Shown one piece after another: positions 59,179 through 64,000 of a DNA stretch of 64,000 bases (the stretch's first letter is position 1; every line of letters starts with the position of its first letter). Origin of the DNA: Candidatus Latescibacterota bacterium (GTDB lineage Bacteria; Latescibacterota; UBA2968); NCBI GenBank assembly GCA_965204375.1, contig OZ241986.1:4288001-4352000 (forward strand), in the 5' to 3' direction. The position numbers and the translations under genes were made by a program. Below the pieces are notes generated by a model, which was not told the origin of the DNA, did no database searches, and saw nothing but the letters and a program-made list of their open reading frames with translations.

Positions 59179-60393
59179 CTAAAATTGAAACGGCACCAAC
59201 CAATCCTCTTCAATCCCCAGATCAAAACCCGGACCACTCGGTGTGAACTCCAGATAGCTATCGCGCGGCACGCGCGCGCCGGGACCCGCTACTTCTTCAA
59301 GCGGTACCCCCGGATCAGAACCGATAAAATACTCACACCAGGGGGTATTGGGCATTGCCCAGCTCAAATGCTGACCGTACGCATCGCGTCCCCCGCCGTG
59401 CAGACAAACCTCCAGACCCGCCGCCGCAGCCATATTACAAATTTTGACACACGCAGTCAAACCGCCCACCCACTGAATATCGGGCTGGAGGATATCGAGA
59501 CACCGATTTTCGATCATCAACTGGTAGGGATACGGCGTGTAAAAATGCTCCCCACTGGCAAGCGTCAACCACGGCAGGCGTTTCTTGAGTTCAATATGCC
59601 CCCCAACATCCTCGGGAATCAGACACTCTTCCATCCAGCGCAAATTATAAGGACGCAGGCGATTGGCCAGACGCGCGGTATATTCCACATCAAACGCCAT
59701 ATAACAATCGAGCATGAGATCGCACGCATCGCCAATCAACTCGCGGACCTCGGCGATTCGCCTCTCGTTCTCCCCCAATCCCCACAACCCATCAACCGGC
59801 CCGTATTGACAGGGCAACTTAAACGCCCGAAACCCCAACTCTTTGTACCAATCCACATCATCACCCGTCGCGTACACAAACAAACGATCGCGCGCCGGAC
59901 CGCCCAGAAGCTCATAAACGGGCTTACCCTGCAATTTCCCCGCCAGATCCCACAGTGCCAGATCCACAGCACTAATCGCCAACGAGGCAATCCCCACAGT
60001 CCCAAAAGATTTGGACACGCGAAACATCATATCCCACAGCTTTTCAATAGCCAGACAACTTTCGCCTTCCAGTATATGCGCGAAAGCATCTTCCACCACC
60101 ATAGCAACCGGGCGTCCCGCCGACGTGCCGAGGCCCCATGTCCCGTCTTCAGCGGTCACCTTAACCGAGAACCTGGGCCATTGTCTGGCACCGTAAAGCT
60201 GACGCCGCGCCTTAAACCGCGGGAACTTAGACATTGGATTGGCCACCTCTATATGCGCGGGCCACGCCTTTCGATACCCCTTTGTCCTCGGCGCTGCACC
60301 TGTTGAAGCAGATAGTGTCGTGCCAGAACCCGTTGAGGTCTGGCTTGCATTTGGGCGCTCAACGCGAACGACTTCGACGGATTTGATTTTCAT
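59179..60393 (-). CDS. Enolase-superfamily acid-sugar dehydratase (L-rhamnonate dehydratase-like)
   Basis: VANPMS, AISAVDLALWDL, LMLDCYM, WMEE, SGEH, QPDI.W.GG. Confidence 0.85.
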   Translation of the reverse strand: MKIKSVEVVRVERPNASQTSTGSGTTLSASTGAAPRTKGYRKAWPAHIEVANPMSKFPRFKARRQLYGARQWPRFSVKVTAEDGTWGLGTSAGRPVAMVVEDAFAHILEGESCLAIEKLWDMMFRVSKSFGTVGIASLAISAVDLALWDLAGKLQGKPVYELLGGPARDRLFVYATGDDVDWYKELGFRAFKLPCQYGPVDGLWGLGENERRIAEVRELIGDACDLMLDCYMAFDVEYTARLANRLRPYNLRWMEECLIPEDVGGHIELKKRLPWLTLASGEHFYTPYPYQLMIENRCLDILQPDIQWVGGLTACVKICNMAAAAGLEVCLHGGGRDAYGQHLSWAMPNTPWCEYFIGSDPGVPLEEVAGPGARVPRDSYLEFTPSGPGFDLGIEEDWLVPFQF

Positions 60394-60561
60394 GTATTTT
60401 CCTTTTTATTGTATTGAAATGATCCTCAGAAACAGAAAGTGTATCAACAACGCGATATTGTCAACCGCATTTCGGTTGTTGAGGATATTGATTTTAGGGA
60501 TGTGCATAATTCTTATGTGGTGGTACAACGACGTATAAAGTTTTTTTAATATTTTCTTTTT

Positions 60562-60760
60562 GTGCCTTCGGCGACCTACTTTTTTTCAGCAGCAAAAAAA
60601 AGTAGGCAAAAAATGCCGCTCTCAAACGCCGAGGGGCTGGCACAGCGCAAATCGTTTTTGTGATAGTACACTATGCTGTGGCCTTCACAGTTGGGTGCCA
60701 TAAAAATGTCCGCTGCGAAACGGACTCACGCGCTGTGCACTGCGTTATCTGAGTGCTCAA
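60562..60760. other. Multi-hairpin non-coding element
   Basis: CCTACTTTTTT/AAAAAAGTAGG, CCTTCGGCG/CGCCGAGGG, CTGTG/CACAG, GTCCG/CGGAC helices. Confidence 0.4.
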
Positions 60761-60804
60761 TTGCCTCGTATTTCAAAACATATATCTGTACTAAAGAGGA
60801 ATGA

Positions 60805-61065
60805 CTACAGATTCCTGGCACTGGAAATATCCTTTGCCAATTCTTCTGGGGTCAGATTGATAGGAGATACTTGGTAGGATTTTAAGGCATCTAAAAATAC
60901 AACGCGATTCATACCCGCAAATCGAGCCGCCTGCCCCGATGACAAACGTCCGAGTTCAAACAGTTTGACGGCTATGAGCATACGGCCTTGTTCGGCGAAT
61001 TGTTCAGGCGTTTTACTGAGGATTTGCAGAATATCATCTGGACATTCAAATGTAATTTTTAACAT
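60805..61065 (-). CDS. UPF0175-family antitoxin-like protein (orphan)
   Basis: AVKLFELGRLSSGQAARFAGMNRVVFL...LTPEELAKD. Confidence 0.85.
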   Translation of the reverse strand: MLKITFECPDDILQILSKTPEQFAEQGRMLIAVKLFELGRLSSGQAARFAGMNRVVFLDALKSYQVSPINLTPEELAKDISSARNL

Positions 61066-61349
61066 GTGCGCCCCGTTCTATCCATATTTGAATTACACTT
61101 ACAACCAAAAAATGTAGCAATGATGAGAGATTGTCAATCGCATTTCAAAACATCTCTCACGTTGCGTGCCAAACCCCTTGTCAGAATCAGGATGGGCAGG
61201 ATGTAAGGATTTACAGGATACCCGCCCAAGCCACCCATCCCAAATACATCTCATACACGCTCGCTCAGGGTGACTTGCAATATACTAAAAAAATCTTGAA
61301 TACCGACTTACCTCTATAGTTGTCATCGGGTGATCGCTTTCTCCACACA

Positions 61350-62269
61350 TCACTCAGAGACATTGAATACCCTCATCACTTCCCGAATATGTGGGGCCTG
61401 ATCTCTATCCGAGACACAAGGGCGATCAAGCAATGTCGCTTGCACGAGTTGTTCAATTTCCTCTGTGCGCCGGTAGTCCAGCGCAATAACCTTACCGAAG
61501 CAGCACTTCCCGCTCAGCCGTGCGGGCAACACGGCGTCATAAGGGAGCGGTGGTCCTATTTTATTTATTAACAACTCCATAGTCTGCGAGAGACGCTTTG
61601 CGATCTTCGGCTGACAGATAAAATCCGGGAAGCCAGTATCAGCCAGTGAGAAGTCCACTACGAGCACACGAAGATAATCCAGGTCCGGTTTCCCACACTG
61701 ACGTTTCTCCAGCTTGTCGAGCAGTTTTCGTCCCCATTCGCTCTCTGCCGTATCTTCTGGTTCGCCGATTCTAAAAAATAACTTGCTATCACTTGACTGG
61801 GAAGGTAGCCCAAAACGGATGTCGCGTTCTTCTGCATTATCGTAAACTTCCTGAAGCGTTGCAGATAGCCAGACTCTCTGGGTCGGACCTGCAAATTGCC
61901 GTTGATGACTCGCGTGTGCATTCTGTAACCATTTTATCGCTTCTGATTGCAGACCTGCGAGCCAAGGACGAACGGTATTCTCGTAACCGACTTCGTATGC
62001 ATAGAACCAATCCATATCTTTTGATGTTCTAAGTCGGAGGTCGATTTTGAATCCCTTGTCTATATCCAGATACTTAAAAATCGAGGAGATAAGCCGCTTC
62101 ACGAGTTGGAATCCAAAGAAATCAATGGGGCTATACAACTCAATGCATGCACTCAACTCACTGGCAGTCAGGTCTATGTCATAGCGTTTCGACTGAGACC
62201 GCGCTGAGACCGCCCTCGCCTGCGCTTCTGGGACATTCTGGAGATGCACGATAAGGAAAAACTCTCTAA
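61350..62269 (-). pseudogene. Hypothetical gene interrupted at its 5' end by IS1380
   Basis: Frame stays open from 62249 up to the IS junction and continues (A-L-R-E-F-F-L-I) when the IS is removed by hand. Confidence 0.6.
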
Positions 62270-63990
62270 CCTGAAAAATTCATAAAAAAGGTAGTTTCCT
62301 TATTCAAGTCATTGTATTATTATAGGTTATCACCATAACCATTAAACAATAGACTTGGAGGAAACTACCATGGGGTCACAAGATAAACATCGCAAGGTTC
62401 CTTTGGCAAGCATTTTCGGCAAACGGCTTGACCTCGCCTTTGATGGGGGCATTCTCACCAGCGATAGCGGCGCGTTATTGCTTCGAGAAGTAGAGGCAAA
62501 ATCTGGCATTTTAACACGCATGAGTGCTGCGATCACGGATCGTCGGCATAAGAGTTATGTGAGGCACTCCGTCGCAGAGTTGGTCAAGCAACGGGTGTTC
62601 CAGATAGCCTGTGGGTATGAAGATGGCAATGATTGTGATGCCTTACGCAGCGATCCGGGTATCAAGGCCGCCTGTGGTGTCTTGCCGCTTTCAGGTAAAG
62701 ACTTGGGCAGTCAACCCACGATGAGCCGGTTTGAGAACCAGATCAGGCGAAGCGACTTGTATCGGATTGCCCGTGCCTTCCTCGATTGTTTTATCGCTTC
62801 GTATAAAAAGCCGCCCGAGGCGATCATCTTAGATATTGATGATACACAGGATACGGTTTATGGGACCCAGCAGTTGTCCCTATTCAATGGCTATTACAAT
62901 GCCTACACCTATCAGCCCTTGCATATTTATGAGGGACAAACCGGTAAGTTGATCACTACGATATTGCGTCCCGGTATCCGTCCGACCGGCCAACAGATAG
63001 TCGCCATTATCAAGCGTTTGGTGGCCTATCTGCGTCAGGCTTGGCCTGATGTGGCGATCATCTTGCGGGGTGATGCCCACTTTTCTTGTCCGCAAGTCCA
63101 TCACCTTTGTGAGACTGATGACCTGTATTTTATCTTAGGACAGACCAGCAATGCCAAGCTTTGTGAGGCGGCACAACCCCTTATCGCGCAGGCCAAAAGG
63201 CTTTATGCACATACAAAGGAGGCCGTGCGTCTTTTTACCTCGTTTTCCTATCAGGCAAAGAGTTGGAACAAGGCACAACGCATCGTATGCAAGGTCGAAA
63301 TCAGTGACCGAGGCCAAAACACACGCTTTGTCGTGACCAACCTGAAAAGTTCAATGGCGTCCTTTATCTATCAAAGCGTCTATTGTGCGCGCGGACAGAT
63401 GGAAAACTTCATTAAAAATCACAAAACCTTTCTCCACTCTGACCGCACATCCTGTCACAGCTTTACTGCCAATCAGTTCCGCCTCTTTCTCCATTCTGCC
63501 GCCTATGTCTTGATACAGACATTGGCGCAAATAGGATTCAATGGCACAAGGTGGATAAACGCGCAGGTCAATACCATTCAAAATCGCTTCCTCAAAGTCG
63601 CAGGACGCGTCTGTGAGTTGAAAACAAGGATCACCTTCCATCTGCCTGTGTCCTATCCTTTGCAACATCTGTATCATAAAATCCTACACAATCTGAAAAG
63701 GGCAGGACCTTAACCCAAAACGCAGGAGGGCAGAGATGGCAAGCAGAAGGCAGACAACATCACTGGCGCACACCGCCTTGTGCTGGGCAAAGACTCGGCA
63801 GGCAAGGGCAAGGGGGAACCTCTGCCCTTTTTGACTACCACAGGCACGCTCTACCAATGACATTGACCTGTCAGAACCCGGTAAAAACACAATCGGGAGC
63901 AACAAAAACAGAAAAACACGGACAGAGGGCTTACAACATCGAAATGATGACATAAATAGACTATTCAAAAACTTTCATGAATTAGTCGGG
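62270..63990 (+). mobile_element. Complete IS1380-family insertion sequence, 1721 bp
   Basis: Imperfect terminal IRs CCTGAAAAATTCAT / ATGAATTAGTCGGG; CTAA duplicated at 62266-62269 and 63991-63994. Confidence 0.92.
62370..63713 (+). CDS. IS1380-family DDE transposase
   Basis: FDGG.LTSDSG, GYEDGND, SQPTMSRFEN, LDIDDT, RGDAHF, Y..RGQMENFIK. Confidence 0.95.
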   Translation: MGSQDKHRKVPLASIFGKRLDLAFDGGILTSDSGALLLREVEAKSGILTRMSAAITDRRHKSYVRHSVAELVKQRVFQIACGYEDGNDCDALRSDPGIKAACGVLPLSGKDLGSQPTMSRFENQIRRSDLYRIARAFLDCFIASYKKPPEAIILDIDDTQDTVYGTQQLSLFNGYYNAYTYQPLHIYEGQTGKLITTILRPGIRPTGQQIVAIIKRLVAYLRQAWPDVAIILRGDAHFSCPQVHHLCETDDLYFILGQTSNAKLCEAAQPLIAQAKRLYAHTKEAVRLFTSFSYQAKSWNKAQRIVCKVEISDRGQNTRFVVTNLKSSMASFIYQSVYCARGQMENFIKNHKTFLHSDRTSCHSFTANQFRLFLHSAAYVLIQTLAQIGFNGTRWINAQVNTIQNRFLKVAGRVCELKTRITFHLPVSYPLQHLYHKILHNLKRAGP

Positions 63991-64000
63991 CTAAGTGCCT

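Noticed and set aside
60727-60821. PIN-type toxin partner of the UPF0175 gene
   Set aside because: The overlapping frame (MPGICSHSS...) stops after about 30 codons and has no PIN motifs

Overview
Bacterial chromosomal window; the + strand is strongly C/A-rich whichever strand the genes lie on. Housekeeping and catabolic genes include a surface-glycosylation cluster, serS, nfeD-floA, two sulfatases, an aldehyde dehydrogenase, a FolC/ATP-grasp fusion, dsbD, a DegP-type protease, pepA and a BKACE/enolase-family operon. There are two tRNA genes, Met(CAT) and Leu(CAA), each with an accessory islet at its 3' end, plus a complete IS1380 with a CTAA target duplication. The most notable region is the ~16 kb island after tRNA-Leu (about 12.1-28.4 kb). 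It begins with a WYL/WCX regulator. A conserved promoter/terminator element (GACA-N5-TGTC-N12-TATCTT plus a hairpin, the spacing of the PafBC-type WYL promoter) is repeated three times, in front of a triple-AAA+ ATPase and two paralogous Cas4-like/DUF2779 nucleases. The island also carries a structured-RNA candidate, defence-like cargo (PD-(D/E)XK nuclease, TM-PLD pair, papain-like protein), many antitoxin fragments and two copies of a 28-36 bp piece of the neighbouring FAD-oxidoreductase gene, which suggests serial accretion. Intergenic regions hold a family of heptamer-armed elements that supply stop codons, GTAG-type REPs, and 9-10-mer repeats, one of them inserted in frame in a gene. All calls come from reading the sequence by eye; no database searches were run.
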